NCBI GenBank assembly: GCA_963709345.1
Contig: CAVPVX010000004.1
Location: 288,001-352,000 of the forward strand
DNA length: 64,000 nt
Direction: 5' to 3'
Origin: an uncultured Actinomycetes bacterium
GTDB lineage: Bacteria; Actinomycetota; Thermoleophilia; UBA2241
Positions within the stretch are counted from its first letter, which is position 1. Each line of letters begins with the position of its first letter. The position numbers were made by a program, and so were the translations under genes. Below are positions 44,281-53,566 of the stretch, piece by piece. The notes beneath the pieces were generated by a model. The model did not search any database and was not told the origin of the DNA. It saw nothing but the letters and a program-made list of their open reading frames with translations.

Positions 44281-46755
44281 ATGGCGACCACGGCGGAGAA
44301 CGTACCCCAGACGAAGCCGCGCCCCGGCCAGATCACCCTGACCATCGACGGACAGGAAGTCACCTGCGAGCGCGGCGACACGATCCTCGAGGCTGCGCAG
44401 CGCATCGGCATCCACATCCCGACTCTCTGCTACGAGCCGCGGCTCCCGGCCACCGCCGCCTGCCGCATGTGCATCGTCGAGGTCGAGGGCGCCCGCAAGG
44501 TCGTCCCGAGCTGCTCCTCGGCGGTCAGCGACGGCATGGTCGTGCGCACCAACACCGACAAGGTGCGCGCCATGCGGCACCTGTATCTCGAGCTGCTGCT
44601 CAGCGACCACAACTCGTTCTGCACGCCGCCGTGCCGCGACGCCTGCCCGACGCACATCAAGATCCCGCAGTTCCTCGACTACATCGCTCACAAGGACTAC
44701 AAGAACGGCGTGCGCAAGCTGCGCGAGGATCTGCCCTTCCCGGCCATCTTGGGGCGCGTCTGCCCGCGGCCCTGTGAGGGACCGTGCCGTCGCCAGCTCG
44801 TGGAGCACCCCATCACCATCTGCCAGCTCCACCGCTTCATGGCCGACCAGACCATCGACGAGGAGCAGACCGGCGAGCTGCTGCTGCCGGTCGAGCCGAA
44901 GGCCGACACCGGTAGAAGGATCGCCGTCGTGGGTGGCGGGCCCGCCGGCCTGGCATGCGCGTTCTATGCCCGGCTCGAGGGGCACTCGGTCAAGATCTTC
45001 GAGGCCCTGCCCAAGCCGGGCGGTATGCTCCGCTACGGCATCCCCAGCTACCGCCTGCCGCGCGACCTCCTCGACAAGGAGATCAACGTGCTCTGGCGCA
45101 TGGGTGTCGAGATCCAAGTCGACAGCCGTCTCGGCGTTGACTACCAGCTTGAGGATCTGCTGGGCGAGTACGACGCCGTCTTCCTCGGCCTCGGCGCCTT
45201 CAACAGCAACGACATGCGCATCCCCGGTGAAGACGCCGACGGAGTCGTCACCGCCGTCGACTTCCTCGGCGAGCTCGAGCGCACCGGCGAGGTGCACGTG
45301 GGCAAGAAGGTCACCGTCATCGGTGGCGGCTTCACGGCCATGGACGCCTGCCGCACCGGCTTGCGCAAAGGCGCCGCCGAGGTCACCTGCCTCTACCGCC
45401 GCTCGCGCAAGGAGATGCCGGCGCACCACACCGAGGTCGACGAGGCCGAGGAGGAGGGCGTCAAGCTCGAGCTTCTCTGCGCGCCGCTCCGCGTGCTCAC
45501 CGACGGCGCGAACAAGGTCACCGGCATCGAGATGCAGCGCATGGAGCTGGGCGAGCCCGACGCCTCCGGGCGCCGCCGCCCCGTGCCGGTCGAGGGCTCG
45601 GAGTTCGTCGTCGAGTGCGACCAGGTCATCGCCGCCATCGGCCAGTACCCCAAGCTCGACGGCACCAGCGAGGAACAGGGCGTCAAACGCACCAAGTGGC
45701 GTACGATCGAGGTCGACGACTGGACCTTCCAGACGGATGATCCGCGCGTCTTCGCCGGCGGTGACGCCGTGCTCGGCGCGCAGACGGTGATCCAGGCCGT
45801 GGCGCAGGGCAAGAAGGCCGCCTGGAGCATCGACGCCTTCCTGCGCGGCGCCGACATGCGCGACGTGGGGCAGTCGCTCGCGGAGCTCAAGGCCACGCCG
45901 TTCTTCAACGCGCTGACGAACAAGACGGATCTCGACCCGCGCATCGCGCGAATGGCCGAGATCCCACCCGTGTTCATCGACATGACCACCGACGTGAAGC
46001 ACCCGAGCCCGCCCGCCGAGATGCCCAAGCTCCCCCCCGACGAGCGCAGGACCAACTTCAAGCAGATCGAGCTCGGCTTCAGCGAAGAAGAGGCCGTCCG
46101 CGGCGCCGAGCTCTGCCTCGATTGCTACTGCCCGGCGAACGGCAAGTGCGACCTCCAGCGGTACAGCATCGAGTACGAGGTGTTCAAGAACCGCTTCCAC
46201 GGCGGCGAAGCCCACGACTACCCGGCCGACTTCCGCCACGACTTCATCATGCGCGAGCCCAACCGCTGCATCAATTGCGGGCGCTGCGTGCGCGTCTGCC
46301 GCATGGAGGTGGGCTCGAGCTGCTACGACAACATGGGCCGCGGGTTCGACTCCATCGTCAGCACGGCCGACAATCTGCCGCTGCAGCTGGTCGGCTGCGT
46401 GAGTTGCGGCAAGTGCGCGGAGACCTGCCCGACCGGGTCCATCGAGACCAACCCGCGCCTGCTCGCCAGCTACGACCTGGACGAGAGCCGCTGCATCTTC
46501 TGCGGGGAGTGCGTCGAGGTCTGCCCCTACGACGCGCTCGAGCAGACCGACTACTACGAGCTTGCCGGCTACAATCGCACGACCATGGCGAGGGAGTCGC
46601 TCTACGTGCGTGAGCCGCGCCCCGCCGACCCGCTGCGCGAGACGCTCCCCGACCTCGTGCCGCACGTGCGCGACGCGGTGCTGGGCGCCGGCTGGGTGTG
46701 GGATCCGATCAAGGACGACCCGATCGACCTGGGCGACCCGGAGGAGGCCGGCTGA
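44281..46755 (+). CDS. NuoG-like Fe-S / GltD-like FAD-NADPH oxidoreductase fused to the NuoI C-terminal half
   Basis: 2Fe-2S 'IPTLC..ACRMC..SC'. GltD region 'PPCRDACP', 'GRVCPRPCEGPC', 'GGGPAG', 'GGMLRYGIP.YRLP', 'GGGFTAMD', 'YRRS', 'FAGGD'. Then 'CINCGRCVRVC' and 'CVSCGKCAETCP', and finally the NuoI-type 'YDLDESRCIFCGECVEVCPYDAL....YELAGYNR'. Confidence 0.9.
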   Translation: MATTAENVPQTKPRPGQITLTIDGQEVTCERGDTILEAAQRIGIHIPTLCYEPRLPATAACRMCIVEVEGARKVVPSCSSAVSDGMVVRTNTDKVRAMRHLYLELLLSDHNSFCTPPCRDACPTHIKIPQFLDYIAHKDYKNGVRKLREDLPFPAILGRVCPRPCEGPCRRQLVEHPITICQLHRFMADQTIDEEQTGELLLPVEPKADTGRRIAVVGGGPAGLACAFYARLEGHSVKIFEALPKPGGMLRYGIPSYRLPRDLLDKEINVLWRMGVEIQVDSRLGVDYQLEDLLGEYDAVFLGLGAFNSNDMRIPGEDADGVVTAVDFLGELERTGEVHVGKKVTVIGGGFTAMDACRTGLRKGAAEVTCLYRRSRKEMPAHHTEVDEAEEEGVKLELLCAPLRVLTDGANKVTGIEMQRMELGEPDASGRRRPVPVEGSEFVVECDQVIAAIGQYPKLDGTSEEQGVKRTKWRTIEVDDWTFQTDDPRVFAGGDAVLGAQTVIQAVAQGKKAAWSIDAFLRGADMRDVGQSLAELKATPFFNALTNKTDLDPRIARMAEIPPVFIDMTTDVKHPSPPAEMPKLPPDERRTNFKQIELGFSEEEAVRGAELCLDCYCPANGKCDLQRYSIEYEVFKNRFHGGEAHDYPADFRHDFIMREPNRCINCGRCVRVCRMEVGSSCYDNMGRGFDSIVSTADNLPLQLVGCVSCGKCAETCPTGSIETNPRLLASYDLDESRCIFCGECVEVCPYDALEQTDYYELAGYNRTTMARESLYVREPRPADPLRETLPDLVPHVRDAVLGAGWVWDPIKDDPIDLGDPEEAG

Positions 46756-47264
46756 TGCCCGGCGGCGACTTCCATCCCTGGTTCTTCGTCATCGTCGCCG
46801 CGTGGGTGCTCGTCTGCGGCCTCGGCGTCGTGCTGTTCAAGAAGATCATGTACTCGGCCGTGTCGATGATCTTCTGCTTCCTCGGCGTGGCGTTCGCCTT
46901 CGCGCTGCTCAACGCGCCGCTGGTCGCCGTCCTGCAGATCGTGATCTACGTCGGCGCCATCTCGATCGTCGTGATCTTCGCGATCATGCTCACCGAGGTC
47001 CAGACCGGCGGCTTCGAGCTCTTCTTCAACCGCCAGACGCTGGGCGCGGCCGTCGTCGCCCTCGTCGGCGCCGCGGTCCTCGCCGTGGTCGCCCTGTCGG
47101 CGGACATCGGGGCAGTGGGCGAGAAGTCGCTCACCCCGGGCATCAAGACGCTGTCGCGTCTCATCTTCGACCGGTACGTGCTGCCGTTCGAGTTGGTCTC
47201 GCTGGTGCTGGTGGCGGCCATGATCGGCGCCATCGTCCTCGCGCATCGAGAGGAGGAGCGCTGA
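46755..47264 (+). CDS. nuoJ: NADH-quinone oxidoreductase subunit J
   Basis: 'QIVIYVGAI.IV.IFAIML', 'Y.LPFEL.S.VL..AMIGAI'. Confidence 0.93.
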   Translation: MPGGDFHPWFFVIVAAWVLVCGLGVVLFKKIMYSAVSMIFCFLGVAFAFALLNAPLVAVLQIVIYVGAISIVVIFAIMLTEVQTGGFELFFNRQTLGAAVVALVGAAVLAVVALSADIGAVGEKSLTPGIKTLSRLIFDRYVLPFELVSLVLVAAMIGAIVLAHREEER

Positions 47265-47572
47265 TGGATCCACTCCAGTGGTGGCTGTTGCTCTCGATCC
47301 TGCTCTTCTGCATCGGCGCCTTCGGCGTGCTCGCCCGGCGGAACGTGATCGTCGTCGTCATGAGCCTCGAGATCATGCTCAGCGCGGTGAACATCGCGCT
47401 GGTCGCGACCGCCAACTTCAGGGGCGGCGCGCGTGGCGCCGGCACGCTCTTCGCACTGTTCATGATCGTGCTGGCCGCCTCCGAGGTCACGGTGGGCCTG
47501 GCGATAGTCATCGCCAACTACCGCAACCGGCGCACCGTACAGACCGACACCTACGACGAGCTCAAGGGGTAG
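47264..47572 (+). CDS. nuoK: NADH-quinone oxidoreductase subunit K
   Basis: 'RRNVI...MSLEIML', 'AASE..VGLAI', ending 'LKG'. Confidence 0.93.
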   Translation: MDPLQWWLLLSILLFCIGAFGVLARRNVIVVVMSLEIMLSAVNIALVATANFRGGARGAGTLFALFMIVLAASEVTVGLAIVIANYRNRRTVQTDTYDELKG

Positions 47573-47603
47573 CGAGGAAGCACCGGTGGAGGGGACTCAG
47601 TAC

Positions 47604-49502
47604 ATGAAGATCGCCGTGGCGCTCATCCCGCTGCTGCCGCTGCTCGGCTTCATCGTGACGCTCGTGCTCGGCAAGCGCTGGGGCGCCAGGGCCCACATCC
47701 TTGCGGTCGCGCTCGTCACCGTCTCGGCGGCGCTCAGCATCTACGCCTTCATCTGGGCGTTCACGCATCAGCACGAGACCTTCGTCTGGGACGCCTTCAC
47801 CTGGGTCGCGGCCGGTCGCTTCACCGTCGAGTGGGGTTTCCAGGTCGACACCCTGACCGGCGTCATGCTCCTCGTGGTCGGCATCATCGGCATGGTCGTG
47901 CACTACTACTCGATCGGCTACATGCACGGCGACGAGGGCTACTACCGCTTCTTCGCCTACCTCAACCTGTTCATGTTCGCGATGTTCGTGCTCATCCTCG
48001 CCGACAACTACCTCCTGCTCTTCCTCGGCTGGGAGGGCGTGGGCCTGTGCTCGTACCTGCTGATCGCCTTCTGGTTCCGCAAGAAGAGCGCCAGCCAGGC
48101 GGGCAAGAAGGCCTTCATCGTCAACCGGGTCGGCGACTTCGGCTTCATGCTCGCCATGTTCACCATCTTCACGGCGACCGGCACGCTCCAGTTCAGCGGC
48201 GTCTTCGAGGCCGCCGAGTCCGGCGCGATCGCCGGCGGCACCATGACCTGGATCTGCCTGCTGCTGTTCGCCGGCGCGATCGGCAAGAGCGCCCAGTTCC
48301 CGCTGCACGTGTGGCTGCCGGACGCCATGGAGGGCCCCACGCCGGTCAGCGCGCTCATCCACGCCGCCACGATGGTCAACGCCGGCGTCTACATGGTCGC
48401 GCGCTCGTACCCGCTGTTCATCAGCAGCGAGACGGCGATGCTCGTCGTCATGGGTATCGGCATCTTCACCGCGATCTTCGCGGCCTACATCGCGATCACC
48501 CAGAACGACATCAAGAAGGTGATCGCGTACTCCACCATCTCGTCGCTCGGCTTCATGTTCGTGGCGCTCGGCGCCGGGGCCTGGGTGGCGGGCATCTTCT
48601 ACCTGTTCGCGCACGGCTTCTTCAAGGGACTGCTGTTCCTCTGCTCGGGCTCGGTGATCCACGCCATGGGCGGGGAACAGGACATGCGCAAGATGGGGGG
48701 ACTGCGCAAGAAGCTCCCCATCACCTTCTGGACGATGATGGCCGGCGCCCTCTCCATGGTCGGACTGATCCCCTTCGCAGGCTTCTGGGCCAAGGACGAG
48801 ATCATCGGCGCGACGTTCATCCACGGGTACTACGTGGTGTGGGCGGTGGCGATGGTCGTCGTGCTCCTCACCGCCATCTACATGGGGCGTCTCATGTTCC
48901 TCACCTTCTGGGGCGAGAACCGCTCCGACGCCGAGGTGCAGGCCCATATCCACGAGTCGCCGCCGATCATGACGGTGCCGCTGATCGTCCTCGCGATCCC
49001 TGCCGCCCTGCTCGGCCTCGTCGTCGGCCTGCCGCCCGAGGGAGGCTGGATCCACGACTTCCTGCACCCGGTCTTCTTCGATGTCGAGGGCGAGCCGTTC
49101 CACCTGCTCGGCGAGGGCGGGCTGCTCATGCTCGCCTCCCTCGCCACTGTGCTGGTGGGTCTGTACGTCGCCTACTACCTCTACGTGCGCCAGACGGAGA
49201 TCCCCGGGCGCATCGCCGCGCGCGTTCCCGTCGCCTACAAGGCCAGCCTCAACAAGATGTACATGGACGACATCTACGACGTCGTGCCGATCCGCGCCAC
49301 GCTCGGGTTCGCCGACTGGCTCTGGACCTTCTTCGACGTCAAAGTCATCGACGGCGCCGTCAACGGCATGGCCCGCCTCTGGGGCTGGGCCGGCGACCGC
49401 TTGCGGCCCATCCAGACCGGTCGCGTCCAGAGCTACGCCATGTACATGTTCGCCGGCATGGTGCTTCTCGTGATCGTCTTCGCCTGGGTCTGGGTGAGTT
49501 GA
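47604..49502 (+). CDS. nuoL: NADH-quinone oxidoreductase subunit L
   Basis: 'YSIGYM', 'GWEGVGLCSYLLI', 'NRVGDFG', 'GKSAQFPLHVWLPDAMEGPTPVSALIHAATMV', 'QTGRVQ.Y'. ATG at 47604 with RBS GGAGG. Confidence 0.95.
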   Translation: MKIAVALIPLLPLLGFIVTLVLGKRWGARAHILAVALVTVSAALSIYAFIWAFTHQHETFVWDAFTWVAAGRFTVEWGFQVDTLTGVMLLVVGIIGMVVHYYSIGYMHGDEGYYRFFAYLNLFMFAMFVLILADNYLLLFLGWEGVGLCSYLLIAFWFRKKSASQAGKKAFIVNRVGDFGFMLAMFTIFTATGTLQFSGVFEAAESGAIAGGTMTWICLLLFAGAIGKSAQFPLHVWLPDAMEGPTPVSALIHAATMVNAGVYMVARSYPLFISSETAMLVVMGIGIFTAIFAAYIAITQNDIKKVIAYSTISSLGFMFVALGAGAWVAGIFYLFAHGFFKGLLFLCSGSVIHAMGGEQDMRKMGGLRKKLPITFWTMMAGALSMVGLIPFAGFWAKDEIIGATFIHGYYVVWAVAMVVVLLTAIYMGRLMFLTFWGENRSDAEVQAHIHESPPIMTVPLIVLAIPAALLGLVVGLPPEGGWIHDFLHPVFFDVEGEPFHLLGEGGLLMLASLATVLVGLYVAYYLYVRQTEIPGRIAARVPVAYKASLNKMYMDDIYDVVPIRATLGFADWLWTFFDVKVIDGAVNGMARLWGWAGDRLRPIQTGRVQSYAMYMFAGMVLLVIVFAWVWVS

Positions 49503-49503
49503 C

Positions 49504-51090
49504 GTGAGCTGGAACGACCAGATCGGCTTCCCGATTCTCTCCGTCATCACCTTCCTGCCGCTCGCCGGCGTGCTGGTGATCCTGCTCGTGGGCCGCGGCC
49601 GCCCCGTCGTGTACAAGACGATCGCCCTCATCGTGACGCTGGCGGCGTTCGTCCTCTCGGTGTGGATGCTGTTCGCCTTCAGGACCACGCTGCCGGGCAT
49701 GCAGTTCGCCGAAGACCTGAAGTGGATCGAGGCGCTGAACATCCACTACGGCATGGGCGTCGACGGCATCGCCGCGCTGCTCGTCTTCCTGACGACGCTG
49801 CTCGGCTGCATCGTCATCATCTCCAGTTGGAACTACGTGAAGGACCGTGAGGTCGGCTTCTTCATCTCGCTGCTGCTTCTCCAGGTGGGGATGGTCGGCG
49901 TCTTCTGCGCCACCGACCTCTTCCTCTTCTACGTGTACTGGGAAGCCATGCTGGTGCCGATGTACTTCATCATCGGCATCTGGGGCGGCCCGCGCCGGGT
50001 CTACGCGGCGATCAAGTTCTTCCTGTTCACGCTGGTCGGCAGCCTGCTCATGCTCGTCGCGATCATCGTCGTCGTGTACTACGTGCAGGACGGCGCGGGG
50101 CCGCTGACGTTCGACATCCAGGAGCTCAGCCGCCAGGTGTACTCGTATCACCTGCAGTTCTGGGCCTTCCTCGCCTTCTTCCTGGCGTTCGCCATCAAGG
50201 TGCCGATGTTCCCGCTGCACACCTGGCTCCCGGATGCCCATGTCGAGGCGCCGACGGCCGGCTCCGTCATCCTCGCCGGCGTGCTCCTCAAGATGGGCGG
50301 CTACGGCATGCTGCGCTTCTGCCTGCCGTTCTTCCCGGACGCCTCGGTGACGTTCATCCCGTGGGTGGTAGGGCTCTCGGTGATCGCGATCATCTACGGC
50401 GCGCTCGTCGCGCTCATGCAGAAGGACCTCAAGAAGCTGGTCGCGTACTCGAGCGTGAGCCACATGGGTTTCGTCACCGCCGGCATCTTCGCCAGCATCG
50501 CGCTGGTCGGCAACGCGGCCGGCATGGAGGGCGCGATCCTCGTCATGCTCAGCCACGGCTTCCTCACCGGCGCCCTGTTCCTCATGGTCGGCTACGCCTA
50601 CGAGCGCACGCACACACGCCTGATCGCCGACATGGGCTCGCTGGCCAAGCCGCTGCCCATCCTGGCCGGGTTCTTCCTCTTCTTCGCCTTCGGCTCCGCC
50701 GGGCTGCCCGGCCTGAGCGGCTTCGTCGGCGAGTTCCTCAGCCTGCTCGGCGTCTTCGAGTACTCGCGCTGGCTGGCGGCGCTCGGCGCGCTCGGCGTGA
50801 TCCTCGCCGCCGCCTACCTCCTCTGGATGTTCCAGCGCACGATGTTCAACGACCGTGGCGACGCCGACGTGAAGCCCACGTTCGAGCTCAAGGACCTGAA
50901 CGCCCGTGAGATCGTGTCGCTGCTGCCGCTGGTCGTCTTCGTCGTCTGGCTCGGCGTGTATCCCGAGACGTTCCTGAACTTCCTGCACGTGCCGGTGCAG
51001 GCGATCCTCGACAAGGTCACGCCGTCGCTCCAGGACGCGAGCGTGCATGGGCTGGCGCAGCTCTTCGACGTCACCAGGGGGCTGTTCTAG
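49504..51090 (+). CDS. nuoM: NADH-quinone oxidoreductase subunit M
   Basis: 'GVDGI', 'FYVYWE..LVPMY', 'IKVPMFPLHTWLPDAHVEAPT', 'LLKMGGYG', 'AYSSVSHMG', 'GLPG..GFVGEF'. Confidence 0.95.
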   Translation: MSWNDQIGFPILSVITFLPLAGVLVILLVGRGRPVVYKTIALIVTLAAFVLSVWMLFAFRTTLPGMQFAEDLKWIEALNIHYGMGVDGIAALLVFLTTLLGCIVIISSWNYVKDREVGFFISLLLLQVGMVGVFCATDLFLFYVYWEAMLVPMYFIIGIWGGPRRVYAAIKFFLFTLVGSLLMLVAIIVVVYYVQDGAGPLTFDIQELSRQVYSYHLQFWAFLAFFLAFAIKVPMFPLHTWLPDAHVEAPTAGSVILAGVLLKMGGYGMLRFCLPFFPDASVTFIPWVVGLSVIAIIYGALVALMQKDLKKLVAYSSVSHMGFVTAGIFASIALVGNAAGMEGAILVMLSHGFLTGALFLMVGYAYERTHTRLIADMGSLAKPLPILAGFFLFFAFGSAGLPGLSGFVGEFLSLLGVFEYSRWLAALGALGVILAAAYLLWMFQRTMFNDRGDADVKPTFELKDLNAREIVSLLPLVVFVVWLGVYPETFLNFLHVPVQAILDKVTPSLQDASVHGLAQLFDVTRGLF

Positions 51091-52626
51091 ATGGGTCTGA
51101 ACAACACGATCTCAGTGATCCTGCCGGGCGTGGTCTTCGCGCTCGCCGCCGGGCTCGTCTTCGTCGTCGACCTCTTCGTGCGGCGTAAGGGCGCGCTTGC
51201 CTGGATCGCCGTCGCCGGTCTCGTCGCGGGCGCCGCCGTGGCCGTCGGCCAGTGGGGCCAGTGGACGGGGGGCTGGGCCGTCTGGAAGGTCTTCAGCGGC
51301 GGTCTCGGCTTCGGCCGGCGCGAGATGGTGGTGGGCTTTGCCGGCATGATCGGACACGACCGCTACGCGCTCTTCTGCGTCGTGCTGTTCGCCGCCGTCG
51401 GCGTCCTCACGATCATGCTCTCGGACGCCTATCTCGCGAAGCGCAAGGCCGCGCGCGGAGAGTTCTACGGCCTGCTGCTGCTCATCATCACCGGCATGAC
51501 CGGCATGGTCATGAGCACCGACATCGTCCCGTTCTTCGTGTCTTTCGAGCTCATGTCGCTCCCCACGTACATCCTGGCCGGGTACGTCTGGCGGGAGCAG
51601 CGCTCCACGGAGGCGGCGCTCAAGTACTTCGTGACCGGCGCCTTCTCCTCGGCGATCCTCGCCCTCGGCCTCGCGCTCCTGTACGCGGCCACCGGCCAGA
51701 CCAGCTATCGCGGCATCGCCGCCGGCCTCGGTGCTCTCGGCGGTCTCGAATCCGGCGGCTTCCTCGTCGTGGCCTTCGTGCTCGTGGTCACGGGCTTCGG
51801 CTTCAAGATCTCGGCGGTGCCCTTCCACAGTTGGGCGCCTGATGTGTACGAGGGGGCGCCCACGCCGGTCACGGCCTTCATGTCCGTCGGCGTGAAGGCC
51901 GCCGCCTTCGCCGGGTTCGCCAAGCTCTTCCTCATGGCCGCCGGCGTCGACTGGCAGCACTGGGGTCACGTCATGATCGTCCTCGCCGTGCTCACGATGG
52001 TGGTCGGGAACGTGCTGGCGCTGCCGCAACGCAATCTCAAGCGCATGCTCGCCTACTCGAGCATCGCCCACGCGGGCTACCTGACGCTCGGCATCATCGC
52101 CGCCGGCAAGAGCGGCGACCCGCTCGGGGTGAGTGCGATCCTCTTCTACCTCTCGGCCTACGCGCTCATGAACCTCGGCGCGTTCGGCGTCCTGATCTGG
52201 ATCCGCAGTCGCCGGACGTTCGCGTACACGCTCGACGAGATGGCCGGCCTGGGGCGCAGCCTGCCGTGGCCGGCCATTCTCATGGCGTTGTTCATGATCT
52301 CGCTCACCGGCATCCCGCCGACGGCCGGCTTCTGGGGCAAGTTCTACCTGTTCACGGCGGTCGTGCAGGCCGACCTCACCTGGCTCGCGATCGTCGCCGT
52401 GCTCATGAGCACCGTCTCCGCCTACTACTACCTGCGCGTCGTCTGGTACATGTACTTCCGTGAGGCGCCCGAGGAGGCGGAGATCGTCGCCGAGCCCAGG
52501 ACGTCGCAAGTGGGCGTCGCCGCCGCCGTCACGGTCGCCGCGCTCGGCGTCCTTCTGGTCGGCCTCTTCCCGGACCCGCTCCTGCGGGCCGCCGAGGGAG
52601 CGCTGCGCCTGCTCGCCGGCGGCTGA
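51091..52626 (+). CDS. nuoN: NADH-quinone oxidoreductase subunit N
   Basis: 'EAALKYF', 'FKISAVPFH.WAPDVYEGAP', 'KRMLAYSSIAHAGY', 'GIPPTAGF.GK', 'YYYLRV'. Confidence 0.95.
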   Translation: MGLNNTISVILPGVVFALAAGLVFVVDLFVRRKGALAWIAVAGLVAGAAVAVGQWGQWTGGWAVWKVFSGGLGFGRREMVVGFAGMIGHDRYALFCVVLFAAVGVLTIMLSDAYLAKRKAARGEFYGLLLLIITGMTGMVMSTDIVPFFVSFELMSLPTYILAGYVWREQRSTEAALKYFVTGAFSSAILALGLALLYAATGQTSYRGIAAGLGALGGLESGGFLVVAFVLVVTGFGFKISAVPFHSWAPDVYEGAPTPVTAFMSVGVKAAAFAGFAKLFLMAAGVDWQHWGHVMIVLAVLTMVVGNVLALPQRNLKRMLAYSSIAHAGYLTLGIIAAGKSGDPLGVSAILFYLSAYALMNLGAFGVLIWIRSRRTFAYTLDEMAGLGRSLPWPAILMALFMISLTGIPPTAGFWGKFYLFTAVVQADLTWLAIVAVLMSTVSAYYYLRVVWYMYFREAPEEAEIVAEPRTSQVGVAAAVTVAALGVLLVGLFPDPLLRAAEGALRLLAGG

Positions 52627-52687
52627 CGGGCGAGCGGCCCGCGGGGACGCCGCCGCCTCCGCTCCTGCCGTCAGGTACACTGAGACC

Positions 52688-53461
52688 ATGAACATCCTCT
52701 TCGTCGGTGACGTGTTCGGCAGGCCCGGGCGGGATGCCTTGCTGGGCTGGCTCCCCGGTTTTCGCGAGGAGCGCGCCGTCGACTTCGTCATCGTCAACGG
52801 TGAGAACGCCGCCAACGGCGCCGGGATCACCTCCAAGATCGCCCTGCGTCTGCTTGCCGCGGGGGTCGACGTGATCACGACCGGCAACCACGTCTGGCGG
52901 CAGCGTGAGGTCTACGGTTTCCTCACCACCGACGAGCGGATCGTGCGCCCGGCGAACTACCCGCCGGGCGCTCCGGGCCGGGGACTGACGGTGCGCCCGA
53001 CGGCCGCAGGCGAGGAGGTCGCCGTCATCGATCTCGCCGGTGAGCTCTTCATGCAGACCGGCATGTCGCCCTTCCGCGTCGTCGACCGGCTCGTCGACGA
53101 GGCGCAAGGCCTCGCCGAGACGATCGTCGTCGATCTGCACGCGGAGGCGACCAGCGAGAAGGTCGCCATGGGGCACTATCTCGACGGTCGCGTCACCGCC
53201 GTGCTGGGCACGCACACGCACGTGCAGACCAGCGACGCGCGCGTGCTGCCGGGAGGCACGGCCTACATGACCGACGTCGGCATGACGGGTCCGCTGGAGT
53301 CGGTCATCGGAGTGCGCACCGACATCATCGTGCGGCGGTTCACGACCGAGCTGCCGCAGCAGTTCGAGGTCGCGGAGGGGCCGGTCCGTCTCGACGCCGT
53401 GCTGATCTCGGCCGATGGCGGCCGCGCCACCGATGTGGAGGCTTTTGACCTCTTCCTGTAG
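52688..53461 (+). CDS. ymdB: YmdB family (TIGR00282-type) metallophosphoesterase
   Basis: 'ILFVGDVFGRPG', 'NGEN', 'TTGNH', 'RPANY', 'DLHAEATSEK', 'GTHTHVQT', 'TDVGMTG'. TACACT 6 nt before the ATG. Confidence 0.93.
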   Translation: MNILFVGDVFGRPGRDALLGWLPGFREERAVDFVIVNGENAANGAGITSKIALRLLAAGVDVITTGNHVWRQREVYGFLTTDERIVRPANYPPGAPGRGLTVRPTAAGEEVAVIDLAGELFMQTGMSPFRVVDRLVDEAQGLAETIVVDLHAEATSEKVAMGHYLDGRVTAVLGTHTHVQTSDARVLPGGTAYMTDVGMTGPLESVIGVRTDIIVRRFTTELPQQFEVAEGPVRLDAVLISADGGRATDVEAFDLFL

Positions 53462-53566
53462 AAGGTATTCCCTTGCCGGCGGCGTTCCGCCCGGCGGGTT
53501 CGCGGGTAGGTCTTGGTCTGCGGGTGCGGAGCGCTCGTAGCGACCGGCGGGGGAGGATGAGGGCTG

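Noticed and set aside
44062-51048. Long antisense ORFs over the nuo genes (867, 726 and 562 aa) and similar ones elsewhere
   Set aside because: These are expected stop-poor shadow frames in high-GC DNA and carry no recognisable motifs.
37851-52626. Membrane-bound group 4 [NiFe] hydrogenase or formate hydrogenlyase
   Set aside because: The large subunit lacks both nickel-binding CxxC motifs and keeps the quinone-site His and Tyr.
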